From: Lama guanicoe
Lineage: Eukaryota
Length of the DNA stretch: 64,000 nt
NCBI GenBank assembly: GCA_013239625.1
Contig: MU053934.1
Coordinates: forward strand, 7,210,399-7,274,398
Direction: 5' to 3'
Under the pieces are notes generated by a model. The model worked only from the letters and a program-made list of their open reading frames with translations. It did not search any database and was not told where the DNA came from. Shown one piece after another: positions 52,791-64,000 of this stretch. The position numbers and the translations under genes are program-made. Numbering within the stretch: the first letter of the stretch is position 1; every line of letters starts with the position of its first letter.

Positions 52791-53784
52791 TAAGTGTTCT
52801 CTTTTTAAAAAAGCAAGAGAATGATCAAATATCCCTGAATACCTTTACCCCTAGCAGGAAGCCCCAGCTAAGAGCTTCCCTGTGGTGCACAAGAGTTTCA
52901 AGCTGGGAGGTTTTTGAGGTTTTTATAATTAAACATTTCTAAACTAGAGGTAAACAAGAAAAGTGCCATAAGAAAGATACAAGGAAAGAACCACAGGTGT
53001 TCAACAAACGCCAGGCTAAAGAAAGACCAATGCTAAGACCCACCCTCTCCCATCAAGGCTTTCAAGGCCAGTTTGTAAGGTTCAGTCTGACCTGAAGCCC
53101 TCCAGGGTCCAGAGCATTCAGTCCTTCCCTCCTTCTCTCACTTTGAGAACACTGGTCCACTTATTTTGCATGCAGAAGGGGAAGGTTAGAAATGATGCCT
53201 AGGCTAATTCCTGAGAGAATAGATTCAGGTTAACCCAACTGTTGCTGACTCTTGGTTCCCAGCACTCCTACTACTATGATGAAACTGCTCCCCATTCTGA
53301 GGTGCCTTTTACAATCCTCTTTTCCACTCAACCCTAGGAATTTATTTCTGGTTCCTGCAGGGTGAGACCAGAAGCCGCACCCACGGTGGTGAAAGGCCAG
53401 TGGGAAGTGTAGACCTTAAGGACTGGTTGTCATGTGCTCCAGACAGAGCAGAAGAGAAACACAGGGCCAGCTCAGGCTGGACAGACACTGCCTCAGGGGC
53501 TCCTCTGGCCCCTCTCCCCACAAGCCTGTCAAGTCCCCAGGATGCTTTAAGGATTCACAGATGTGGGGGAAGAGTGCTGCATGCAGACCTTCCCATCATG
53601 CCTGGAGCTTAATGAAATGTCCACTGAATGTGCTTGCTGCTGGGAATATTTCTGTATTTCTTCTACGAATGTTTATATTTTTATTAGGATTAGCTGAAGA
53701 ATTTTACTATGTGCCTTCCAAACATCTGCTAATATATTCAACATAGGTTTTCTTTTTGTGTAGTGAACTGTTGTGCATGACATT

Positions 53785-53995
53785 AAATACTTACTATGCA
53801 CCAAGTCCTGCTCTAACCACTTTACGTGAATTAGCCCATTTAGTCCTGACATCAACTCTAAACATGATACTCTTCTTGTCCTGCTTATTTTACAGATGAG
53901 AAGATTGAAGCTCAGGGAGATTAAGCAATTTGGCCAAAGTCAGAGTTACTGGATGGCAGGACTGGGACACACCACGCTCCAAGTCCTTAACCAGT
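53785..53995 (-). mobile_element. MIR SINE
   Basis: attttacagatgagaagattgaagctcagggagattaagcaatttggccaaagtcagag. Confidence 0.75.
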
Positions 53996-54199
53996 TCTTC
54001 CTCCAGCCGACACAATTCCTCATGTGAGGCTACCCTTGTACTTCTGGAATAAACCTTGCCTGGTAATGAAGAATTGATCTTTTAATACACTACTGTATTC
54101 AAGTCATTTTATTTAGAAATACATTTAGAAGTATTGCAAATATATATAAACATATATATGCACACACACATAAGAAACTGGTCTACACTTTTCTTTGGA

Positions 54200-55780
54200 T
54201 CATGGGTGGAACAGGAAACCTAAACACCATAAAGAGACATATTTGACTGCATAAAAATCTTAAAATTTAATGGTAAAACACATCTAAACAAAGTAAAAAC
54301 AAATCATAGAAACAATAACCAGGAGGACATATTTGCACTACAAACAACAAAGGATTTATAGCCCAATATACAAAAAGCTTCTAAAAACTGGAAAGACTTT
54401 TTAATGACGGCCATTCTGACTGGTATGAGGTGATATCTCATTGCAGTTTTGATTTGCATTTCTATAACAATTAGTAATGTTCAGCATCTTTTCATGTGCT
54501 TATTGGCCATCTGTATTTCTTCTCTGGAAAGATGTGTATTTAGGTCTTCTGCCCATTTTTTGATTGGGTTGCCTGGTTTTTTGATATTAAGGTGTATGAG
54601 CTGTTTGTATATTTTGGAAATTAGTCCCTTGTCGGTTGCATTATTCTCAAATATTTTCTCCCATTCTGTAGGTTGTCTTTTCATTGATCAGAATGGCCAT
54701 GATTAAAAAGTCTTCAAATGATAAATGCTGGAAAGGGTGTGGAGAAAAAGGAACCCTCCTACACTGTTGGTGGGAATGTAAACTGGCGCAGCCACTACGG
54801 AGGACAGTATGGAGACTCCTTAAAAAATTAAAAATAGACTTACCATATGATCCAGCAATCCCACTCCTAAGCATATATCCAGAGAAAAATGTAATTCAAA
54901 AAGACACATGTACCCCAACGTTCATAGCAGCACTATTTACAATAGCCAAGATACGGAAACAACTCAAATGTCCATCAACAGGTGAATGGATAAAGAAGAT
55001 GGAATATATATATACATATATATGTAAGTGTATACACACACACACACACAATGGGATACTAATCAGTCATAAAAAAAGAATAAAATAATGTCATTTGCAA
55101 CAACATGGATGGACCTGAAGATCATCATTCTAAGCGAAGTAAGCCAGAAAGAGAAAGAAAAATGCCAGATGATATTGCTTATATGTGGAATCTGAAAAAA
55201 AAAAAAAAGGACACAAATGAACTTATCTACAAAACAGAAACAGACTCACAGACATAGAGAACAACTTTATGGTTACCAGGAGGTAAAGGGGGAAGGAAGG
55301 GATAAATTGGGAATTCGAAAATTGCACCTCTTGAGGAGTGATGGAAATGTTAGCTATTGTGATTGTGGCGGTGGTTTCTTTGGTGTATACATCTATCAAA
55401 ATTCATCAAAGTGTACATCTGAAATATGTATAGTTTACTGTACAGGAACCATATCACAATAAAGGTGTTAAAAAAAACTGAAAAGCAAAATAATCTGATG
55501 CTGAGGGAGAGGTGGGATGGACAAAAAACATGGATATAGAATTCATAAAGAAGAATACTAAGGGCCAAAATTCATAAAGTACTAAGGGCCAATAAACATA
55601 TGGAGTGATGTTCAATTTCACTAGTACTTACGAAAATATAAGTTAAAATACAATGGGATACGATTTTTGCCCATCAAATTAGCAAAAAAAAAAAAAACCC
55701 AACAACAACACCGAGTGCTGGTGGAAATGCCCAGAAAAGGGTGTCCTCATACACTGTTGGTGTAAATATATCCTACAAAA
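54200..55780 (+). mobile_element. Old L1 ORF2 3' fragment, host of a younger nested L1
   Basis: Decayed ORF2 (aaaggatttatagcccaatatacaaaaagcttc) stops at ~54395 and resumes at ~55486 (caaaataatctgat...aataaacatatggagtgatgttcaatttcactagta). Confidence 0.65.
54396..55472 (+). mobile_element. 5'-inverted (twin-primed) LINE-1 insertion
   Basis: Antisense ORF2 at 54396-54685 ([12 protein letters not shown] on the minus strand), sense ORF2 end from 54688 ([18 protein letters not shown]), 3' UTR, AATAAA at 55458 and poly(A); TSD aaaaactg(g/a)aaag at 54383-54395 and 55473-55485. Confidence 0.88.
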
Positions 55781-58700
55781 AGCCTGAAGCAATTCAGTCT
55801 GGCCTAACTGCCAGGACTACTGACCTGGAGAGAGAACCAGAATGCAGTACTCACTCATTCACTCAACAATAAACATCTGCCACACACAGAGCACTTTGTT
55901 AGATCTTTGATCTCAGAGAGCTTAAATTCAGGAGTATGAAAGCTAAAGGGAAGTGAAAACAGCAAGTTGCTGAATGATGCCTGCAGTACTTTTCCTTTTA
56001 CTAAAACGTTTGTGAGGGCCTGGAGGAAGTTGCCGAGGCTCCGCTACACTAAAGTGGTCAACGCTGGTGCCTCTCGGCGTGCTGGGCTGCAGGCTTATTA
56101 CCATCTTGCTGCGTGTACATCTTTTTTGTTTTGCTTGGCATGAGCATATAGTAACAAATGCAATAACCCGTAACTCTGAGAAATCTCACAAAGAACATTG
56201 CAAGCAGCATTTGTTACACACAACAAAGAAGAGCACAAGGTCCACATCAAGTTGACAGCAGAGCCAAGAGTCCACCCTCTGTCCAGCTGACTGATGCAGA
56301 ACTGGGCTCTCACTCCCAGATAATGCTGTTTCTCCTCGCTTGAGCTCACTCACCCACACAGGGCAAGACTCAGGAAGGCAGTTACGCTCACATGGATGGT
56401 AAGTTTTGGGAGGAGGTCTGGCAACATTTCTTGAATTCATAAGAACTACGTATTTCTTGAGTTCCTATGGATAATGTGCTATGCTTTTTAGCCTCCAGAA
56501 GTTAAGGTGAACTCATCTGAGACAATACAAAAGTGTATATGCCACCTGGATGCAACCTGGTCCTTGGTTAATGTATTATCCATTTCATGGGTGCTCTCAA
56601 AGCATTTCCAAACAGGCTGCTCCTTGCCCAGCACCCATTCCTCCCCTTTCTGCCAAGGGCATTCCAATCGGGCTTTGTGGAATCCTCTACCCTCTGGAAA
56701 CAATCGTCCCTCCCCTGGCTCCTTTGCAGGTTCCCTCTTAGTCTTTGAGACCAACCCACTGAATGTCACCCAATGAAGTGCTTCTATGCTCAAGTTATCT
56801 TAGGACCACAGAACTGTGACCAGTACAGTTTCCTAACTGAAAGGAACACCATCCCTCTTGACAACAGCAGAGCACAGATAATAAGGGTATTATGAGACTT
56901 TGTCACTCAGGATAAACAGCATGGGCCTCTACAAAGGACTGAGAAGTAGAAACTTCAAAAACACTTCAGATGTTCCTACCACTGCCCAAGACCCAGCGAC
57001 AGTTACGTCTGTTACATCTTACAGAAAAATATTCCACTAAAGATAGAAAGAAATGAATGGCCCACGTTACATACCTGCTTCTCCATGAATTCTGATCCTT
57101 CCTACTGGAAGTACATTCTCTCTCTGAAAGCATCTGCAACTTTTTAATTTATGTTACAGATATTGAAATATAGACATTGCCCCCACTAGGCTAGAAGCTT
57201 CCTGAGAGCAGAATCCCTGCCTAATTTACTAAAAGACCCCTTTGGCATAGTGGTCATATGTGGCAAACAGAACAACATGCTGCCCAGTGTGCTAAGCAAG
57301 TATTTGTCCCCAAACTTGTTTATGCCAATTGTACATACAAATGCATATGTACTTATAAATATATATGGACATGTATATGTCACTGTGTGTATATATATAC
57401 ATGCAGACACACAGTATATAAGCCATTAAAATAAGTATACACTTGTTTCTACAAGTTGCTAAAATTTTTTCAAAATTCTAAAAACCCTAACTAAATCATG
57501 GGTGTGGTAAGACAAGTAAGACAAGTGTGATGGATTGGGTGAAAATTTGTAAACTGCAGGACTTAGCAACTCAGGTTGCTTCATGCATCTAAGTTCTCAA
57601 TCTTCTTCAGACAAAAACTGAATATGAAACACAATACACTAAAGGTGTAGTTTATGCAAGAAAACAACTGACAATTCTGATCAGTAGATTCAAAGTAAAT
57701 AAACGGTCAATCAAAAAATGGCACATGAAATATAATCTTTTTTTAAGTTAGAAACAAAATGCTTATGTATTTCTTTTTTTATGATTGTTGCTTTATGCAG
57801 CTTCTTCAGTTAGCTGACTGCTGGCCAGTTCCCCTCCCACGAGACAAATGCTGAGTGACCATTGGTCAGGTGTCATGTCAAGTACTGGGGACAGCACTCC
57901 CTCATGGAAAATAAACTAGTGTAAGATTCAGCTGAAGAAGCTATGCACAGGCTTTGAGGCACCACACTTAGCATGGCACCAAAAGTATTTTTTCTTGCCA
58001 TCAGTGAAAACAAAACAGCCATGTAATTTGCTTAAAGACCAAGACAAATTAATAAAAGTACCTAATTCAGAATTCTTAACTTCCAATCTAAAAGAAAAGT
58101 CCCAGGCTTCCCTGAAGGTACTCTGCTGTGGATATGTTAACCAAATAAAACTTTGCTCCTGCCTGGTGCTCACCCACCTCCCCAAACTGTGCCTGGAGAT
58201 GATGTGAAAACCTGCCTACCAGGGACAAAAGCATGGTGTCCGTGAGCTTTTGTGCCTGACCCAGGCCAGCTGGTTAGCTGCATCTGATGAAAAGGCTCCA
58301 AGTGGAAAAAACACTCCCTTTGCTCGGTGTTTCAGGGCATCTGGGAATAAGGAGCAGAGGAAACTAGAAGGAAATAGAAATTAAATTTCTCTTGCCTCAC
58401 CTGTGCCAAAAGGTTGCAAAACTTCAGTCTGTTTGACAGTTGCAATATTAATTTAGTCTGGGGAAGGGCTGAACACCTCCCCATTACAGAGACACAGATA
58501 TCCTCTCCTAGGCTCATCAACAATGCTACAATTTAATAACAATGAGATCTTAAAGCCAAGCTGTTGTGACTAACTACTCCAGAAGAGGCAATTGCTTGCC
58601 CCTCCACAAAAAAAAAGGCAGGAGAGGGGGAAAGTGGCTGGAAAACAGAAGTGGGGCCAATACTTAATTTTCCTTTTTCTAACTTAAACCATAGAGATGG

Positions 58701-60904
58701 ATATATGTTGGTTTGTTTGTTCTATTTGGTAACCAAAGGTTAGGAAAGCCAGCTGCTTCCTATTAAAAACTGAAATCAGGAAGTGTGCAGGGATGACGTG
58801 ACCAGAAAGAGACCTTTCCTTCAACTGCACACCTCACAGGACGGGGTGCTTACCCCCATAGACCGGCTGGCTCCCCCCGAGGGCTGCTCCCCATGGGCTC
58901 CACACTCTACCCACCAGGGCCAGCAGATGGGCATGCTTGGAGGCTCTTACCCCCTGGCTTCACTTTCCTCCACATCTAGACCCAATTCCAGTGCTCAGCA
59001 GGGTTACCCTTTACTAACTAGCACCCCATCCAACGACACCATCCACCAGTCCTCAGCCAATCCCGCAGAAGGGCCTGCCTGGGAACACTTGCTAACAAAA
59101 AGAGAACAGCACAAAGAGCAGCCCTCACCCCTGCCCATTTCCCCAAACACACACTCACACTTCTGTCATCCAGCTTCGGGTGGTTAACCTTTGCCTTTAC
59201 ACCATATCATATTCTGAAAGAAGGGGTTAAATGCCCCACCCTATCGCCACCCAGAAATCACCCCTCAGACTCCAGAGCTCTATCTCCACCTGGAGCCATT
59301 GTACCCACCTCCATCCCCATCGTGTCCTCCCCTCGCTGACTGCTGGATTGATGTCCACTATGGGTCCATACAGAGCCACTAGCCACCTGTCTTCACCACA
59401 CACCACCAGCACAAAGGACACATCAAGTTCTTCTTGACTGAGCCTCAGGGTCTGGCACAGTGCAAATGCCCAGAGTCAGGAAGCTCAAACTTTAATTTCA
59501 AAATTGACAATTTCCTTGTTCTACATGGCCTTGTTCAGGCAACTCCAAGTTGATTTCCCTTTCCCCAGAATTAATACAGAAAAAGCAAGCATTAGACAAG
59601 AGAGAAACATGAAAAGGAAGACCAGGAGCCACACTGGGAGACTTTAAAAGAGGGCAGTGATAACTAGCAAAAGAAAACTTGCTGAACGGAAAAGGACAAG
59701 CAATCCAAACTAAACAAAATAATGCCTCTGTCAAAGCCACAAAGCTCAGCCGCAGAAGTGGTCAGCAAGTCTGGCAAACGTCCCAGCTGTTCAGGAAAGA
59801 GCAGTGGCCACCCAACTGGAACATCCGCAAGTGTAAGTCAAGGGCAGCAATAATCTGGTTAAATAAAATTTAAAAGAATGACCTTAGCACCCCGCTTCGC
59901 TTTCCAGCCACGCTACCACCAGACCAGCTCCATTCCACTGCATCTCGGATCTCACACCCCACATTCATCAGGGCCTTGCAGGCACTTTTCTGAGGAGAGG
60001 AGGGGAGACAGACAGATTGCTGCTTGCATGATGGTGACAGTCTAACAGAGGGATGGATGTAACTCACACTGAGATCCGTGTGGGAACACAATGACTTCAG
60101 ACACACAACAGAGATGGCAGGACAGGGAGCAAATTTAGACTGAGTGGCCAGGGAAGGCCCGCTGAGGAGGTAGCTGTGGTGCTATAACCAGAAGGATGAG
60201 AAGAAGCCCACCAGGCAAAGGAGAGTTCCGAACGTGGGAACCACACGTGCAAAGACACTAAGAAGAGGCGGCTGCTATTGCATCAAACATTTGCCTCTCT
60301 ACATCCAAGCCCTACCCTTTCCTATCCACTCCAGAAAACGCTTCTGAAACCCAAAGCTGATCTCACCCTACACTTCTGCTTAAAAACCTCTCTGCTGATT
60401 CCCAATGCCTACATAATAAAGTCCCTGAATTTCTCAAGAGAATTTTATTGTGTGGAAATTATACATACACACACAGAGAGAAATACAGACATTTCTGCTT
60501 CCTCCATGAAGCCTCCCCTGACTACCATCTCCTGGCTGCACCCACAGGACTCTCCGGAGCTCTTCTCTGTGGAGAGCTGACCACCATACCACTCTGACAA
60601 CTAAAGAATCTATCATCCCCACCTCCACACTTGGTTATTGAGAGAAGACATTTCCCATAGCTGGGGTGTGTCCACATCTCTGCCCCACACACAGACCAGG
60701 ATGGAGTAGCGTACATCATAGCATTCAGATGAACACAGCGCAGACATCACCACTGACACCGCAACGCAGAACTGTGTGCGAGTGGAGGCCAAGTGCTCAC
60801 ATTCCAGGCTACCTTCACTTTCTCTGCAGCCGGACACTGAGAGAAGGGCCTGTGCCAGGGAGCTCAAGAGTGTGCTATACCTACCAGCCCCATGGTATAG
60901 GGGA

Positions 60905-61085
60905 AAGGCCAAGACAGACATGCCTTCAAATCCCAGCTCTGCACTTACTGGCTGTGTGATGCTGAACAAATACCTTAACTACCTCTCTGAACCTGTTTCC
61001 CTTACATGTAGAAAGGAGGTAACAATATTAGCCTTGAAGCCCTGCTGTGAGGGTTGGATAAAATGTGTGCTAAGTACCTGCCACC
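60905..61085 (+). mobile_element. MIR SINE
   Basis: ttcaaatcccagctctgcacttactggctgtgtgatgctgaacaaataccttaac...ctctctgaacctgtttcc. Confidence 0.75.
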
Positions 61086-62124
61086 TGGAAGGTGCTGGAA
61101 CACTGATCCCTACTGTTAACATTTGGGCTGGTCAGCTCTCCACAGAGAAGAACTCCATCCTAACCCCCTAGACAACACCCCTAAACACAGCTAGCTCTTC
61201 CCCTCAGAGATCTCACTGGCCACCCACCATGGTGGTTCAAGACCATCCACTTTGAGTTCAGGAACAAAGACTGCACACACCCCTACCCGCACCATGTTCA
61301 GAAGTCAGGCACATGCCAAAAGCAGGAGTGAACCACTACCAAATAAAACTCGAACCCATTTTCATAAGATACAATTCAACCTTCTGTTTCCCTTACCTCC
61401 CTCTGACCCTCCTTCAACACACACACCAATATAAAAGTAGACAAGTGAGATTGATCAATCCTGCCTCTGAGTAATTAAGGGGAAAATACATCATGCAATG
61501 AACTGAAAATTTAATTCAAAGGTTCGTATCTCAACAACCCAGGAGAGTCCAGCCTCAGAGTCCATCAGCCAAAAGTCTAACTGCTCCTTGAACTACAGCA
61601 GCTCAGGAGTAAAACCACACAGTCACAGGCATGTGAACTACAATGAAACGCAGCAAAACACTTCTAAATAGCTCTCTGTACTAAACACTGTTCAGTTAAC
61701 ATTTCTCACCAAACTTCTTTCCCTTTCAAAAAGAAACACCAAACTAATTTGATCTAGTCTAATCAATCCATGCTGGCCCCAATATTCCAAAGAAACATTT
61801 TCAAAAACTCAAATTATTTACTGAGCTCACCATAAAAATTACAATGGCACCACACACATCTGGGGAAAATGTAGGAACTTAAATTTATGATCTAAAAGAT
61901 GGTCAGAGTAAAAGCACTTTTTTTAAAAAAAAAAATAGAAAACTCATTCCCATAGAGGGGAAAAAAATGTAAGCCTCACTCAGGATTTAAAGGAATCACT
62001 GAATGATGCTTTTTAAATGCATCAACATTACTTTCCCTATGCCAGCTGCCTGGGCACCTGCGCTCATAGATGGTAACAAACCAACAGGCCTGAGAACTGA
62101 GGGTCCTTGCATTATTCATGTCAC

Positions 62125-62590
62125 ACTTGTTCATCCCACAAATGTCTGCCCTCTATTATATGCCAGCACAAAGCTAAGAACTGTGGATTCCAAGGTAAAT
62201 GGCAGTCCCTGCCCTTCACCTCACCTAGCTCCAGGCCCAGTGGGAGAAGACCAGCAGGTAGTCAGCCAGTCAGGCCATCCATGAGAAGCACTGACACAGG
62301 TGCAGACTTTGCACTCTGCAGGCCCAGGGGCAGGATGCCTTAAAGTAGGGAGAGGGGGATGAAGCTAGAGCTGAGTTTTGAAGGCTGAGTAGAAGTTTAG
62401 CAGGCAAAGGTGAGAAGAAAGGACATTTACAACAGATGTAACAGGATTTATGGAAAGCACACGTGAGGAGGGAAATACACAAGAAGTTCAGTATGGCAAG
62501 AGATGAGGTTGAAGAGGTAAGCAGGGACAGATCACAAGTGTGGATTCTACTGTGATGGCAACAGGGAGCCATTAAAGAATTTTAATCTGG
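62125..62590 (-). mobile_element. LINE-2 fragment
   Basis: tattatatgccagcacaaagctaag...gagctgagttttgaaggctgagtagaagtt...ggcaacagggagccattaaagaattttaa. Confidence 0.6.
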
Positions 62591-62749
62591 TCAAACAGCC
62601 CAACTGCTCTCTACTGCTGATAAGGAAATAAAGACTTAGAAGTGAGAGCCCCATCAATTTTGTTTCATAAGAGTTAAAAAAAATGTTAAACAAAATCCCT
62701 TCCCCAACATTCAGTAATGGAAATCATGGCCCAAAGACTTCTTACATCT

Positions 62750-62880
62750 GGCCTTCTCTGTGCCTCAGTTTCCTCATCTGTAAAATGGGCTGCAGCCACT
62801 CCATGGGGTTGTTGTGAGGACTAAGTGGGTAATACACTAAAGGGCTGAGAGCAGAGGAAAAGCTCCACGGCTGTTAGGTG
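62750..62880 (+). mobile_element. MIR SINE 3' half
   Basis: ttctctgtgcctcagtttcctcatctgtaaaatggg...gggttgttgtgaggactaagtg. Confidence 0.8.
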
Positions 62881-62887
62881 CTGGTCA

Positions 62888-62919
62888 TGGTACTGGTAGT
62901 ACTAGTACTACCAGTACCA
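62888..62919. repeat. Perfect 32-bp palindrome
   Basis: tggtactggtagtact|agtactaccagtacca; the right half is the exact reverse complement of the left half. Confidence 0.97.
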
Positions 62920-62975
62920 GCCAAACGTGAGGCACGACAACTGCCCAGGGGTCAGAAAGCAGACAACGATCTTAC

Positions 62976-63037
62976 CGCCCCCTGTGAAGCTGCTGCATAG
63001 TGGTACAGGGGTGGAGCCCTTTCGAGCGCCTTTGTGA
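62976..63037 (-). other. Candidate 62-nt exon
   Basis: Minus strand reads gtttattcttttctcttcag|TCACAAAGG...AGGGGGCG|gtaaga. Confidence 0.4.
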
Positions 63038-63328
63038 CTGAAGAGAAAAGAATAAACACCCATTCCCTGCACTTGGGGTCATAAAGGTGAGCTGAGAGGG
63101 ACCAGGGACACACAGTGGAGCCACATTCCCTCAGTCTGATGACAGGTGACACTGCTGCCAGCACACATGGATGGGAATGGCTCCTTCCACCTTCTTCAGC
63201 TGTAGGCACATCCCCAGCCTAGGTATATCCCCACCCACCCAGGCACAGAAGGTTTATTGTCCCCTCATCTCTCTGTACTTGGCAGGCCTCCAGTCACGGC
63301 TGGAAATGAGACACTACCCAGAACTTAC

Positions 63329-63365
63329 CTACAAGAAAGTCCTTAAAGCCTCTGTGCTCCGGGCT
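63329..63365 (-). other. Candidate 37-nt exon or recursive splice site
   Basis: Minus strand reads tctcttcctctactctgggccctccag|AGCCCG...CTTTCTTGTAG|gtaagt. Confidence 0.35.
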
Positions 63366-63624
63366 CTGGAGGGCCCAGAGTAGAGGAAGAGATATGGGAT
63401 CCCAGCAGGCATCTCCCAGCCCCTTACTCATACGGCAGCCTGTGAAAGCACCTCTGTTGTCAAGGGACTTAAGACACACATGAAATAAAGAGAAAGCCAG
63501 GCTATCTGAAACTGATGAGAACAGGACCAACAGTCATAAGAGGGAAGAGATCTGCGTGCCTAGAACCACAATCCCCAGACCTTTGGATTTCACTAACTAC
63601 AAATCCCACCCCCCAAACTTGAAG

Positions 63625-64000
63625 CACTTTTCAACAAATAGTACTGAAAAAATTGGACATCCACGGGCAAACAAATGAACTTCAATCCACACCTTACACC
63701 ACACACAAAAAATAACTCAAAATGGATCATAGAACTAAATGTAAAGCCTAAAACTAGAAAATCTGTACAAGAAAATATGAGAAAACATTTGTGACCTTGG
63801 TTAGGCAAAGATTTTAGCTATGACACCAACCAAAAAAGCACAAACCACAGGAGAACAAACCGACTTCATCAAATTTTTTAAATTTCTGCTCTTCAAAAGA
63901 CACTGTCAAGAGATTGAAAAGACAAGCTACAGACTGGGAGAAAATGCTTGCAAATCATGTTTCATAAAGGACTTGTATTCAGAATATATAAAGAAATCTC
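63625..64000 (+). mobile_element. Old L1 ORF2 fragment, running off the window end
   Basis: ttttcaacaaatagtactg...ccttacaccacacacaaaaaataactcaaaatggatcatagaactaaatgtaa...acagactgggagaaaat. Confidence 0.85.

Noticed and set aside
57075..57133. Exon ending ATGGAGAAGCAG|gtatgt (minus strand)
   Set aside because: The acceptor context is A-rich and weak; not supportable without RNA data.
57797..57946. Inverted repeat agcttcttcag / ctgaagaagct as a miRNA-like hairpin
   Set aside because: Only 11 perfect pairs with a ~120-nt spacer; not a pre-miRNA geometry and plausible by chance.
1..64000. Host gene symbol; CRISPR arrays, operons or other prokaryotic systems
   Set aside because: No candidate exon translates to a protein I recognise. 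The DNA is a mammalian repeat-rich intron with no repeat-spacer array.

Overview
This is mammalian genomic DNA, most likely camelid (alpaca/camel), judging by two tRNA-derived Vic-1-type SINEs and cetartiodactyl-type L1 ends. No cellular protein-coding ORF is recognisable. The only real long ORF (34160-35872) is the C-terminal part of LINE-1 ORF2p; the rest of the ORF track is L1 remnant or chance ORFs. The window looks like the interior of a long intron of a gene on the minus strand: the + strand looks A/C-rich by eye, and the best splice-site pairs I found are on the minus strand, including candidate 15-nt and 29-nt microexons. I cannot name the host gene. The window is dense in repeats (L1 of several ages, L2, MIR, MLT1/MLT2 LTRs, Tigger2-type and hAT MITEs, microsatellites). 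The most unusual structures are: (i) a TSD-flanked ~3.1-kb L1 that keeps its 5' UTR, most of ORF1 and its 3' end but lacks nearly all of ORF2; (ii) an ancient-looking L1MC-type tail inserted inside that younger-looking L1; (iii) a twin-primed, 5'-inverted L1 with a chimeric 3' tail; (iv) a perfect 32-bp palindrome; (v) a dispersed 46-bp direct repeat. Repeat family names come from recalled consensus similarity, not a database search, and boundaries of old repeats are approximate.
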